From contig OZ241883.1 of NCBI GenBank assembly GCA_965203445.1, positions 1,568,001-1,632,000 on the forward strand: DNA of 64,000 bases, in the 5' to 3' direction. Numbering within the stretch: the first letter of the stretch is position 1; each line of letters starts with the position of its first letter. The position numbers and the translations under genes are program-made. The notes under the pieces were generated by a model. It was not told the origin of the DNA and did not search any database. It saw only the letters and a list, made by a program, of their open reading frames with translations. This document shows, piece by piece, positions 1-9,269 of the stretch. Source of the stretch: Candidatus Oxydemutator sp. Lineage in GTDB: Bacteria; Pseudomonadota; Gammaproteobacteria; Poriferisulfidales; Oxydemutatoraceae.

Positions 1-2571
1 ATAGGTGCCGACGCCGGCGTTGCGCCAGGCGCCGGCGATGAGATAGTGGAGGCCGGTGTCGCGCGCCACGTAGCCGATGCGGGCGTCGCGTCCGCCGCCG
101 CCGTCGTCGTCCTCTCGCAGGAGCGCGCCGGTGCCGTCCGTCAGGCGAAGATACGGATCGGCGAGCGTGCCTCTCGCGCTATCGTGACCTTGCAGATCGA
201 AGCGGTAGCCGCGCCCGGCTTCAAGAGGCGCGCCGAACCAGTCGCGGTCGCCATAGAAATCAATCGTGCCGGTCGTGGCGACCGCGATGGCCGCGATGGC
301 GATAGTCGCGGTACTGTCACGCCGCCCGGGGTAGTCGTCCAAGCGCTCCGCCGAGTTTTCGGCGACCGTCAGCGTGTAGCTGCCGACGTAGTCGTCGTTC
401 CAGGCGTCGGCGACTATGTAGTAGAGGCCGCTTGCAGGCGGCGCATAGCTCAGGCGCGAGTTGCGCTGGACGCCCGGAACTACGTCGTCGCCGTGCAGCA
501 GCGGTTCGCCGTCGCTCCCTCTGACGGAAAGGAACGGGTCAACCAGCGTGCCTTTCGCCGTCTGTGCGCCTTCGAGGTCGAAACGGTAGCGCCGTCCGGC
601 CGCAAGCGTTGCCCGAAACCAGTCCTCGTCGCCGGGGAAGTCTATCGTGCCAGTGGCGGTGGTTGTGGCGCCCGCGGCGACGGCGATGGTCGCGGTGGTG
701 TCGCGCCCCCCCGCAACGTCGTCGCGCGCCCGCGACACCGACAATGTATAGGTGCCGGTGCCGGCGACCGCCAGAACCCTCAGGTAGTAGTCGCCGGCGA
801 CGGGCGGTGCGTAACCCAGGCGGGCGTTGCGTCCGCGCCCGCCGTCGTTGTTCTCCGCCAACGTCCTGCGGTCGGTGCGCGTCAAGTAAAGATACGGGTT
901 GGCCAGCGTGCCCCTCTGGCTGTCTGCGCCCTCCAGGTCGAAGCGGTACAGTCTCCCCTCCTCGAGGGTGACCTGAAACCAGTCCCTATCCTGCGTGCTC
1001 TCGATGGTGCCGGTTACGCTGCCGCCGACGGAGACGCTTCCCTCCAGGGGCGGGTAAAGGTGGGGGGGGCCTACGTACTCGTAGTCCGGACTCGCGCTGT
1101 CGTCGAAACCGGCCGCGGCTCCGTCGCCTTTGTAATACGCGGCCCCGTACGTCAGCGCGCCGCGCACCCTGCCGTCCTCGTAGATTTTGGCAAACGCGGA
1201 GGCGTTTCCCCGGCATGAGCCTGCGTCCACGTGCGTGAGCACTCCGACGATGCGCGCGGCATTCCCGCCGCCGCGCACTACGGACGCGCCCGAGGCGCCC
1301 GCGGTACCTTTGCCCAACGTGTAATTTATCTGGTAATGCGAGCAGCCGTCCGCCATACAACCCGAGGAAAAAACGGTTCTACCTTGCTCCTGGCCGCTCA
1401 AGTGCCAGCGGGATTCTATCGTCGCCTCGGCGTACTTCTGGTTGTTGGTAAAAAATCGCCCGGCGCTTGCATGGTGCACCGTGGATACCGTCGTGCCGTT
1501 GGGCTGAAAATCGGGATCCCATCCCGACAAGGTGTAGCTTCCGGCGCCGCTCAGGGCGCCCTCTATGCGCAGCAGCGCGTAGTCGCCTCGCCGGTGCGCG
1601 ACGACGAAGCGGGCGTTTTCCCCGGTAACGCGCGGCGAACCGCAGCCGTCTTGGGAGAATTCAAACGTTGCGTTTATGAACTTGCCCCTGGGGGTTCCGA
1701 CGGATTCGACGACGTCGTCAACGCAGTGCCACGCGGTCAGGAAGTAGAGTGTCCCGTCGCCGCTTTCGTTGTTGATCAGGGTGCCGGTACATGCGCCGGA
1801 TCTTCTGCCCATGGAGTTGACCGTCCAGTAACGCGCGGTGCTTCTCCTGCTCTGGGTCGAGGCCTGCGGATAGTCGCACACCGAGTTGAAAGCGGGACAG
1901 GGATCCTCCTGTGCGCCGCCGACGCCGACGCCGGCGTCGGCCCCCGGCGCCGGCGCGATCCCTTGCAGCGATCCGTCCTCGCGCCGGAACGTGTGGCTGA
2001 TTCTGGCGTTTGCGAACGGGAACGCGTGCGGCTTCAGGCGCGCCGCCACGGGCGTCCAGAACTCGACGACGATAACGTCGCCCGTCGTCGGTTGCGACCA
2101 GAAGCGCCCGCCGTCGCCCGGGCCGCGCCCGGTGTAGCGCTGCACGCGCCGGCGCGTCGCGGCCACGGAATAGACGTTGACAAACGACCGCTCGTCGAGA
2201 TCAAAATCGGAGAAATGCACCTGCAATTCGACCGCCTGCGGCGAGCGTATCTGCACCTGCCACACGTCGAAGCCGTCGCGTCGCCCGACGCGCACCCAAT
2301 TCCGCGGCGCAAGCGACAACTCGCGGCCGATGCCGGAGTACATCGGGCGCGTGCGCGCGGCGAGCGCGCGGATGCGCCTTTGCTCCTCGGCGCTGAACGT
2401 CGGCAACTCGTAGCGCGCCGACAACGGATAAGCGGCGCGCGCCAGATCGAGCGCGTTGCGGGGTTCGACGTCCGGCGGCTCGGCCTCCATCACCTTGCCG
2501 GGCGCGCCATGAACCTCGCTGAAGATCGGCAAAAGCAGGGAAAAAATAGATAACAACAATCGCAAGCGCAT
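1..2571 (-). CDS. Secreted trypsin-like (S1, lysyl endopeptidase/Achromobacter protease I-like) serine protease with at least 3 C-terminal PPC domains; 3' end lies outside the window
   Basis: Not in the ORF track; translated by hand from ATG 2571. Signal peptide MRLRLLLSIFSLLLPIFSEVHG; prodomain WQVQIRSPQAVELQVHFSDF...RFWSQPTTGDVIVVEFWTP; CTGTLINN; catalytic-triad motifs LTAWHC (~1725-1745), GDYALL (~1570-1590), GTAGASGAS (~1282-1308). Then three repeats of TGTI...DxDWF...YRFDLEG...GTLxDPxL...NDGGxGxNAR. The + strand ORFs 46..1218 and 1231..2553 share its codon boundaries and are antisense shadows. Confidence 0.88.
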   Translation of the reverse strand, partial: MRLRLLLSIFSLLLPIFSEVHGAPGKVMEAEPPDVEPRNALDLARAAYPLSARYELPTFSAEEQRRIRALAARTRPMYSGIGRELSLAPRNWVRVGRRDGFDVWQVQIRSPQAVELQVHFSDFDLDERSFVNVYSVAATRRRVQRYTGRGPGDGGRFWSQPTTGDVIVVEFWTPVAARLKPHAFPFANARISHTFRREDGSLQGIAPAPGADAGVGVGGAQEDPCPAFNSVCDYPQASTQSRRSTARYWTVNSMGRRSGACTGTLINNESGDGTLYFLTAWHCVDDVVESVGTPRGKFINATFEFSQDGCGSPRVTGENARFVVAHRRGDYALLRIEGALSGAGSYTLSGWDPDFQPNGTTVSTVHHASAGRFFTNNQKYAEATIESRWHLSGQEQGRTVFSSGCMADGCSHYQINYTLGKGTAGASGASVVRGGGNAARIVGVLTHVDAGSCRGNASAFAKIYEDGRVRGALTYGAAYYKGDGAAAGFDDSASPDYEYVGPPHLYPPLEGSVSVGGSVTGTIESTQDRDWFQVTLEEGRLYRFDLEGADSQRGTLANPYLYLTRTDRRTLAENNDGGRGRNARLGYAPPVAGDYYLRVLAVAGTGTYTLSVSRARDDVAGGRDTTATIAVAAGATTTATGTIDFPGDEDWFRATLAAGRRYRFDLEGAQTAKGTLVDPFLSVRGSDGEPLLHGDDVVPGVQRNSRLSYAPPASGLYYIVADAWNDDYVGSYTLTVAENSAERLDDYPGRRDSTATIAIAAIAVATTGTIDFYGDRDWFGAPLEAGRGYRFDLQGHDSARGTLADPYLRLTDGTGALLREDDDGGGGRDARIGYVARDTGLHYLIAGAWRNAGVGTY

Positions 2572-2594
2572 CGGCCACAACGGATATGCGGCGA

Positions 2595-2728
2595 ATTATA
2601 GAGGATGAAGCGACCGCCCCACCAACCCTTTCCCTCTGGGAGGGAGTTGGGGTGAGGGCCGTTCCGGTCTTATACACCGGTAAGGGAACGCCCCCACGGC
2701 GTTTTCGAGCGGTTCCTTACTATATAAT
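2595..2728. promoter_or_regulatory. Divergent sigma70-type promoter region (protease / acetolactate synthase)
   Basis: Perfect TATAAT on the minus strand at 2600-2595 and on the plus strand at 2723-2728 in a GC-rich background; GGAG RBS at 2765-2768 before ATG 2780. Confidence 0.5.
2626..2658. repeat. REP-like palindromic intergenic element, copy 1
   Basis: CCCTTTCCCTCTGGGAGGGAGTTGGGGTGAGGG; the core TCCCTCTGG(G/C)AG(G/A)GA recurs at 59468 and 62641. Confidence 0.6.
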
Positions 2729-2779
2729 TGTGCCGCACCTTGGGCGCCCGCCGGGCGCGGCGCCGGAGCAGGCATCCTT

Positions 2780-4438
2780 ATGAAAGCATCAGAGTTATTC
2801 GTGCGCGCGCTGGAGAACGAGAACGTCGAATACATCTTCGGCATCCCGGGCGAGGAAAACATCCACATTATGGATGCGCTGCTGGACGGCGGTATCCGTT
2901 TTCTGGTGACGCGCCACGAACAGGGGGCGGCGTTCATGGCCGACGTCTATGGGCGCCTGACCGGCGAACCGGGCGTGTGCATGGCGACGCTTGGCCCGGG
3001 CGCCACCAACCTGATCACCGGTTTTTCCGACGCCAACATGGACAACGCGCCCATCGTCGCCGTGGCCGGGCAGGGCGCGACCACGCGCATGCACAAGGAG
3101 AGCCACCAGATACTCGACCTGGTGCGCCTGTTCGAGCCGATCTCGAAGTACAGCGTCGGCATCCGCTCGCCGCAGACGATACCCGAGGTCGTGCGCAAGG
3201 CCTTCAAGGTCGCGAAGACCGAGAAGCCGGGCGGCTGCTTTATTGATCTGCCCGAGAACGTCGCCTCCAGCGACCTGCCGGCCACGTCGTTCCTGCCCAG
3301 GGACGACGCCGGCGTGCCGGCGGCGCAGCCGGAGCGGATCGAGGAGGCGGCGCGGCTGATCGGCGAGGCGCGCTTCCCGATCCTGATGGCCGGCAACGGC
3401 GTCGTGCGCAACCGCGCGTGCGCGCAACTGGTCGAGTTTGCCGAGAAGCTCAACGTCCCGGTGGCCAACACTTTCATGGCCAAGGGCTGTATGCCGTTTC
3501 TGCACCGCCTGAGCCTGGGCACCGTCGGCCTGCAGGCGCGCGACTACGTCGCCTGTGGTTTCGCGCGCGCCGACGTCGTCATTTGCGCCGGCTACGACAT
3601 CGTCGAGTATCACCCGTGGCTGTGGCACCCCGACAAGAACAAGAAGATCATCCACGTGGACGCCCGCGTGTCGGAGGTGGACGAGCACTACGTGACCAGA
3701 TGCGAGGTCGTGGGCGACGTCGGCCTGTCGCTGAAGCGCATCGCCGAGCGCGTGCAGGCCGCCGGCGGCGAAAACCAGTACCAGAAGATGTCCGATTACT
3801 CGGCCAATCTGAAACACCTGATATTAGGCGAATTCGAGAAACACGCAGCAGACCTCGGCGCGCCGGTCAAACCGCAGAAGATTCTGTGGGACCTGCGCCA
3901 GGTGCTCGATGACGACGACGTGGTCATCTCCGACGTCGGCGCCCACAAGATGTGGGTCGCGCGCATGTATCAGGCCGAGGCGCCGAACACCTGCATCATC
4001 TCCAACGGTTTCGCCTCGATGGGCATCGGCGTGCCGGGCGCGGTCGCCGCCAAGCTGGTGTATCCGGAGCGCAAGGTGGTTACGGTCACCGGCGACGCCG
4101 GCTTCATGATGAACTCGCAGGAGCTCGAGACCGCGATCCGCGCGAACACGCCGATAGTCGTGCTGATCTGGCGCGACGACGCCTACGGCCTGATCAAGTG
4201 GCACCAACTGAAGGCTTTCGGCCGCGAGAGCAACATCCGCTTCGGCAATCCCGACTTCGTGCGTTACGCCGAGAGTTTCGGCGCGCGCGGGTTTCGCGTC
4301 GAAAACGGCGCCGAACTCGAGGGCATACTGCGCGAAGCCGTCTCCTGCAACACCGTCGCGGTCATTGACTGCCCGGTGGATTATTCTGAGAATATGAAGT
4401 TCACCGAGGAGATGGGGCAGCTGGTCTGCCCGATCTGA
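2780..4438 (+). CDS. Acetolactate synthase large subunit-like TPP enzyme
   Basis: FGIPGEEN, TRHEQGAAFMA, TLGPGATN, TPP motif GDAGFMMN...DDAYGLI; no small regulatory subunit adjacent. Confidence 0.9.
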   Translation: MKASELFVRALENENVEYIFGIPGEENIHIMDALLDGGIRFLVTRHEQGAAFMADVYGRLTGEPGVCMATLGPGATNLITGFSDANMDNAPIVAVAGQGATTRMHKESHQILDLVRLFEPISKYSVGIRSPQTIPEVVRKAFKVAKTEKPGGCFIDLPENVASSDLPATSFLPRDDAGVPAAQPERIEEAARLIGEARFPILMAGNGVVRNRACAQLVEFAEKLNVPVANTFMAKGCMPFLHRLSLGTVGLQARDYVACGFARADVVICAGYDIVEYHPWLWHPDKNKKIIHVDARVSEVDEHYVTRCEVVGDVGLSLKRIAERVQAAGGENQYQKMSDYSANLKHLILGEFEKHAADLGAPVKPQKILWDLRQVLDDDDVVISDVGAHKMWVARMYQAEAPNTCIISNGFASMGIGVPGAVAAKLVYPERKVVTVTGDAGFMMNSQELETAIRANTPIVVLIWRDDAYGLIKWHQLKAFGRESNIRFGNPDFVRYAESFGARGFRVENGAELEGILREAVSCNTVAVIDCPVDYSENMKFTEEMGQLVCPI

Positions 4439-4457
4439 CGGAGGGCGCGACGGAACG

Positions 4458-5894
4458 ATGACGAGACGACACTGGGAGCCGCTAGTCGTCAAGGGCGGCG
4501 GCGGCAAGACCGTCGAGGTGACGCGCCCGTGGGACGGCGACACCATGGCCACCGTGGCCACCGTGGACGGCGCCACCGCGTTGCAGGCGCTGGAGACGGC
4601 GCATTCGATGTACCGCGACCGCGACGCGTGGCTGCCGCAGGCAAGGCGCATAGAGATATTGGAGAAGGCGTGCCGGCTGTTGACCGAGCGCGGCGACGAG
4701 CTTGCGGTGCAGGCCGCGGCCGAGGGCGGCAAGCCGCTGCCCGACTCCAAGGTCGAGCTTGCGCGCGCCGTGGTCTCGCTGCAAAGTTGCGTGGATTGCC
4801 TGCGCTCCGAACTCGGCCACGGTCGGCGCGTTCCGATGGGTGTCAACGCCGCCTCGATGAACCGCCTCGCGTTCACGATCAACGAGCCGATAGGCGCGGT
4901 GCTGGCGTTCAGCGCGTTCAACCATCCGATCAATCTGATCGCGCACCAGGTCGGCCCGGCCATAGCGGCCGGCTGCCCGGTCGTCGTCAAGCCGGCGGAG
5001 GCGACGCCGCTGTCGTGTTTCGCGCTGGTCGAGCTGCTCTACGAGGCGGGCCTGCCGCAAACCCACTGCCAGGCGTTTCTGGCCGAGGATCACGACGTCT
5101 CGGCGCGACTGGTGTCGGATGAGCGCGTCGGGTTCTTCAGTTTCATCGGCAGCGACCGCGTCGGCTGGATGCTGAAGAGCCGGCTGGCGCCGGGCGCGCG
5201 CTGCGCACTCGAACACGGCGGCATGGCGCCGGTCATCATCAGCGACGACGCCGATCTCGAGGACAGCCTGCCGTTGATCGCGAAGGGCGGCTTTTATCAC
5301 GCCGGCCAGGTTTGCGTGTCGGTACAGCGCGTCTTCGCCCACGCCTCGATCGCGCGCCGCGTCGCCGACGAACTGGCGCGCTTAGGCGGCGCGATGACGA
5401 TAGGAGACCCGACGTCGGCGGACACCGAGGTCGGCCCGCTGATTCGCCCCGGCGAGGTCGACCGCGTCGAGCAGTGGGTGGCCGAAGCCGACGCCGAGGT
5501 GGTCCGCGGCGGCGCGCGTTTTTCCGACACCGCGTATCAATGCACCGTGCTCTACGACCCGCCCGCCGAGGCCAAGGTCACGTGCCGCGAGGTGTTCGGC
5601 CCCGTCGTTTGCGTCTATCCGTTCGATAACGTCGCCGACGCCGTGCGCCGCGCCAACGACCTGCCGTATTCGTTCCAGGCCGCGGTCATCACGCGCGACC
5701 TCGATACCGCCGCCTACTGCGTGCGCCGTCTCGACGCGGCGTCGGTCATGGTCAACGACCACACCGCCTTTCGCGTGGACTGGATGCCGTTCGCCGGCCA
5801 CAAGCGTTCCGGCTACGGCACCGGCGGCGTCCCGTACACCTTCGACGACGTGCAGGCCGCCAAACTGGTCGTGATGCGCTCGAAGAATTGGTAG
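4458..5894 (+). CDS. Aldehyde dehydrogenase family protein
   Basis: AFNHP, VKPA, FIGS, LEHGG, GQVCVS (catalytic Cys), EVFGPV, MPFAGHKRSGYG. Confidence 0.92.
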   Translation: MTRRHWEPLVVKGGGGKTVEVTRPWDGDTMATVATVDGATALQALETAHSMYRDRDAWLPQARRIEILEKACRLLTERGDELAVQAAAEGGKPLPDSKVELARAVVSLQSCVDCLRSELGHGRRVPMGVNAASMNRLAFTINEPIGAVLAFSAFNHPINLIAHQVGPAIAAGCPVVVKPAEATPLSCFALVELLYEAGLPQTHCQAFLAEDHDVSARLVSDERVGFFSFIGSDRVGWMLKSRLAPGARCALEHGGMAPVIISDDADLEDSLPLIAKGGFYHAGQVCVSVQRVFAHASIARRVADELARLGGAMTIGDPTSADTEVGPLIRPGEVDRVEQWVAEADAEVVRGGARFSDTAYQCTVLYDPPAEAKVTCREVFGPVVCVYPFDNVADAVRRANDLPYSFQAAVITRDLDTAAYCVRRLDAASVMVNDHTAFRVDWMPFAGHKRSGYGTGGVPYTFDDVQAAKLVVMRSKNW

Positions 5895-5918
5895 GCCTCG
5901 GCGGGCCTCGGTAGGCAC

Positions 5919-7271
5919 TTGGGGCGATCGCCGCGGGTGAACGCTGCGAACGGTGGCGCCGGCGACAGCCGCGGTCATCTGCGCCGCGACCGCGCCTCGC
6001 GGTTGGGGCTGACGCCCGCCGCGGTGTGTGCGCGCGCGCGCGACGTCATCGAACGCCTGCAGCAGGCCGGTTACGAGAGCTACCTGGTCGGCGGCGGCGT
6101 GCGCGATCTGCTGCTGGGCGAGACGCCCAAGGATTTCGACGTCGCGACCGAGGCGCGTCCCGAGGAGGTGCGCGCGTCGTTCGACCGGTGCCGGCTGATC
6201 GGACGCCGTTTCCGCCTGGCCCACGTCTATCGCGGCGGCGGGATCACCGAAGTGGCGACGTTCCGCGCCGGCGGCGACGACGGCGCCGGCTTTCGCGCCG
6301 CCGCCGGGCGCATCGTGCGCGACAACGTCTATGGCAGCCTCGAGGACGACGCGCTGCGCCGCGACTTCACGATCAACTCGATCTACTACGATCCGTTTTC
6401 CGATAATTTGATCAGCCACGAGCGCGCGCTCGAGGACGTGCGCGCGCGCCGCCTGCGCACCATCGGCGAGGCCGAGCGCCGCTACCTGGAGGATCCGGTG
6501 CGGATGTTGCGCGCGGTGCGCTTTCTGGCCAAGCCCGGCCTCGTCGCCGAGGAGCGCACCGGACGCCAGATCATGCGCCAGCGCGCCCTGCTGCGCGAGG
6601 TGTCGCCGGCGCGCCTGTTCGATCAACTGCTCAAGCTGTTCCACGGCGGCGCCGCGGCCCAGGTGTATCGTCTGTTGCGCGAGCACGGGTTGTTCGGCGT
6701 GTTGTTCCCGCAGACGATGAAGGCGCTGGAGCACGACCCGCAAGGCGCCCTCGACGATTTTCTCACCAGGCTGCTGGCAAGCACCGACGCGCGCGTGCGC
6801 GACGATCTGCCCTCGACGCCGGCCTTTGTGATCGCCGGCTTGTGGTGGCGCCCGGTGGCCGCCGTGGTCGAGCGCCAGGCCGGGGCGCACGGCCGCCGGG
6901 CGCCCGGTGGCTCGTCGGAGGAGGCGCTGTTGCGCGCGGTGCGCGAGGTCGCGCGGCACCAGAGACAAAGCGTCGCGGTGCCGCAGCGCCTGATCGCAAT
7001 CGCGCGCGACATCCTGCTGTTGCAGCGCCTGTTCACGAGTCCGGCGAAGAGAGACTTGCGGCGACTGCTGCTGCATCCGCGCTTTCGCGCGGCCTACGAT
7101 TTCTTCGACCTGCTGGAGCAGGCCGGTCTCGCCGACCGCGGCACCTGCCCCGGTTGGGCGCGCATCGAGGAGGCCGAGCGCGCCTCTCGCGCGCGCGACG
7201 GGCGGCGCCGAACGCGGCGGCGGCGGCGCGGCGCCCGTGCCCGCGCCGGCGCCGAGGGCGATGCGCGATGA
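5919..7271 (+). CDS. pcnB: Poly(A) polymerase I
   Basis: YLVGGGVRDLLLG..PKDFDVAT, LIGRRFRLAHV, DALRRDFTINS, EDPVRMLRA, HPRFRAAYDF, Arg-rich tail; upstream of folK. Start uncertain (TTG 5919 or GTG 5937). Confidence 0.93.
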   Translation: MGRSPRVNAANGGAGDSRGHLRRDRASRLGLTPAAVCARARDVIERLQQAGYESYLVGGGVRDLLLGETPKDFDVATEARPEEVRASFDRCRLIGRRFRLAHVYRGGGITEVATFRAGGDDGAGFRAAAGRIVRDNVYGSLEDDALRRDFTINSIYYDPFSDNLISHERALEDVRARRLRTIGEAERRYLEDPVRMLRAVRFLAKPGLVAEERTGRQIMRQRALLREVSPARLFDQLLKLFHGGAAAQVYRLLREHGLFGVLFPQTMKALEHDPQGALDDFLTRLLASTDARVRDDLPSTPAFVIAGLWWRPVAAVVERQAGAHGRRAPGGSSEEALLRAVREVARHQRQSVAVPQRLIAIARDILLLQRLFTSPAKRDLRRLLLHPRFRAAYDFFDLLEQAGLADRGTCPGWARIEEAERASRARDGRRRTRRRRRGARARAGAEGDAR

Positions 7272-7756
7272 CGATGGCGGCCGTGGCCCTTGGCGCGAAC
7301 CTGGGCGCCGCGCGCGACAACGTCGCGCGCGCGCTCGAGCGCCTCGCGGCGCTGAAAGACACCCGCGTATGCGCGCGCTCGGCGCTGTACCGCAGCCGCG
7401 CCGTGGGGCCGCGCCAGCCGGACTACGTCAACGCGGCCGCCATAGTGGAGACCGATCTGTCGCCGTTGTCGCTGCTGGACGAGTTGCAGCACGTCGAACG
7501 CGCCTTCGGACGCCGCCGCGGCCAGCGCTGGGGGCCGCGCACGCTCGACCTCGACGTGGTCGTCTATGGCGATTCGATCATCGCCGACGAGCGCCTGACG
7601 GTGCCGCATCCGCGCGCCCACCTGCGCGCCTTCGTGCTGCGCCCGTTGGCCGAGATCGCGCCCGATCTCGTCGTGCCCGGGCGCGGCGCGGTGTCGCTGC
7701 TGTTGTCGCGGCTGCACGCCGACGCCGACGCCTGCCGCAAGATCAACGATGGCTGA
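7268..7756 (+). CDS. folK: 2-amino-4-hydroxy-6-hydroxymethyldihydropteridine diphosphokinase
   Basis: ALGANLG, QPDYVNA, RWGPRTLDLDV, LTVPHPR; ATG 7268 overlaps the pcnB stop. Confidence 0.95.
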   Translation: MTMAAVALGANLGAARDNVARALERLAALKDTRVCARSALYRSRAVGPRQPDYVNAAAIVETDLSPLSLLDELQHVERAFGRRRGQRWGPRTLDLDVVVYGDSIIADERLTVPHPRAHLRAFVLRPLAEIAPDLVVPGRGAVSLLLSRLHADADACRKINDG

Positions 7757-8426
7757 GGCCGGCGCCGGCGTGCAACCGGGCTATCTGGTCGTCGAAGGCC
7801 CGGTCGGCGTCGGCAAGACCAGCTTGGCGCGGCGCCTGGCCGGGGATTTCTCGTGCCGGCTGGTGTTGGAGCAGGTCGAGGACAACCCTTTCCTCGAGGA
7901 GTTTTACCGCGATCCCGGGAGGATGGCGCTGCCGACGCAGTTGTATTTCCTGACGACGCGGCTGCGCCAGCTCGACGAGATACGCCAGTTCGACTTGTTC
8001 GCCGAAAGAACGGTCAGCGATTTTCTGTTCGAGAAGGACCGCCTGTTCGCGCGCCTGACGTTGGACGACCGTCAGTTCGAGTTGTACCGGCGCATCTACG
8101 ACGCCCTCGCCGGGCGCGCCGTCGAGCCGGACCTGGTCGTCTATCTGCAAGCGCCGGTCGAGGTGCTGGCGCGGCGCATCGAGAAGCGCGGACGGCGTTT
8201 TGAACGCCTCGTCGGGAGCGACTACCTGCGCCGCCTGAGCGCCGCCTACGGCGACTTCTTCCACCACTACGACGGCGCGCCGCTGTTGATCATCAACACC
8301 GGCGGCATTGACTTCGTCGCCAACGAGGGTGAGTACCGCAACTTGAAGGAGCAGATCCTGTCGCGCCGCGCCGGGCGCAACTACTACAACCCGGTGCCCA
8401 GCCCGCTGCTGCCGGAAGGTCTATAA
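7749..8426 (+). CDS. Deoxynucleoside kinase
   Basis: VEGPVGVGKTSL P-loop, NPFLEEFY, PDLVVYLQA; typical position between folK and panB. Confidence 0.9.
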   Translation: MAEAGAGVQPGYLVVEGPVGVGKTSLARRLAGDFSCRLVLEQVEDNPFLEEFYRDPGRMALPTQLYFLTTRLRQLDEIRQFDLFAERTVSDFLFEKDRLFARLTLDDRQFELYRRIYDALAGRAVEPDLVVYLQAPVEVLARRIEKRGRRFERLVGSDYLRRLSAAYGDFFHHYDGAPLLIINTGGIDFVANEGEYRNLKEQILSRRAGRNYYNPVPSPLLPEGL

Positions 8427-8434
8427 TTTCGGTC

Positions 8435-9244
8435 ATGACCGAAGGTGCCGTGACGGAACCGGAGCGCCGCACGTTGGCGGTGCTCGCGGCCATGAAGGCC
8501 GCGCGCGAGCCGATCGCGTGCCTGACCGCGTACGACGCGACGTTCGCGCGCGCGATGGACGCCGCCGGAGTGGATCTGGTGCTGGTCGGCGACTCGCTTG
8601 GCATGGTCGTGCAGGGGCGGCGCACGACGATCCCGGTGTCCGTGCGCGACGTCGCCTACCATTGTCGCTGCGTGGGGCGCGTCGTCGAGCGCGCGATGGT
8701 CGCCGCGGACCTGCCTTTCCTGAGCTGCCCGACGCCGGCGCAGGCGCTCGCCGGCGCCAGGCGCCTGATGCAGAGCGGCGCGCAGATCGTCAAGTTGGAG
8801 GCGGCCGAGGGGGCGCCGCAGATCATCGCCGCGTTGAGCGGCCAGGGCGTGCCGGTGTGCGCCCACGTCGGCTTGAAACCGCAATCGGTGCACAAATTGG
8901 GCGGGCTGCACAGGCAGGGCGAAGATCCGGCGTCCGCCGAGATGCTCGTGCGCCAAGCCGAGGAATGCGTCGCGCACGGCGCCGACCTGGTGCTGGCCGA
9001 GTACGTGCCGGAAGAGTTGGGCGGGCGTCTTGCGCGCACGCTTGCGGTGCCAGTCATCGGCATCGGCGCCGGCCGCGATTGCGACGGCCAGATCCTGGTC
9101 ATGCACGACGTGCTGGGGGTCAACCCGCGGGCGCCGAAATTCGCCGGGAATTTCCTGCGCGACGGCGCTTCGATAAAGGGCGCGTTTGCGGCGTACGTGC
9201 GCGCCGTCAAGGCGCGCGACTTCCCGCCCGCGGCGCGCGCTTGA
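8435..9244 (+). CDS. panB: 3-methyl-2-oxobutanoate hydroxymethyltransferase
   Basis: LTAYDA, LVGDSLGMVVQG, ADLPF, VKLE, HVGLKPQ, IGIGAG..CDGQILV. Confidence 0.96.
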   Translation: MTEGAVTEPERRTLAVLAAMKAAREPIACLTAYDATFARAMDAAGVDLVLVGDSLGMVVQGRRTTIPVSVRDVAYHCRCVGRVVERAMVAADLPFLSCPTPAQALAGARRLMQSGAQIVKLEAAEGAPQIIAALSGQGVPVCAHVGLKPQSVHKLGGLHRQGEDPASAEMLVRQAEECVAHGADLVLAEYVPEELGGRLARTLAVPVIGIGAGRDCDGQILVMHDVLGVNPRAPKFAGNFLRDGASIKGAFAAYVRAVKARDFPPAARA

Positions 9245-9269
9245 ACGCGGCGCGCGCACCGGTTTCGGC

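Noticed and set aside
1062-1069. G8 homopolymer in the protease gene as a phase-variation tract or frameshift
   Set aside because: The frame is intact across it (GPPH), and 8 nt is unremarkable at this GC content.
46-2553. Plus-strand ORFs 46..1218 and 1231..2553
   Set aside because: In-register antisense shadows of the minus-strand protease, which has clear catalytic and PPC motifs.
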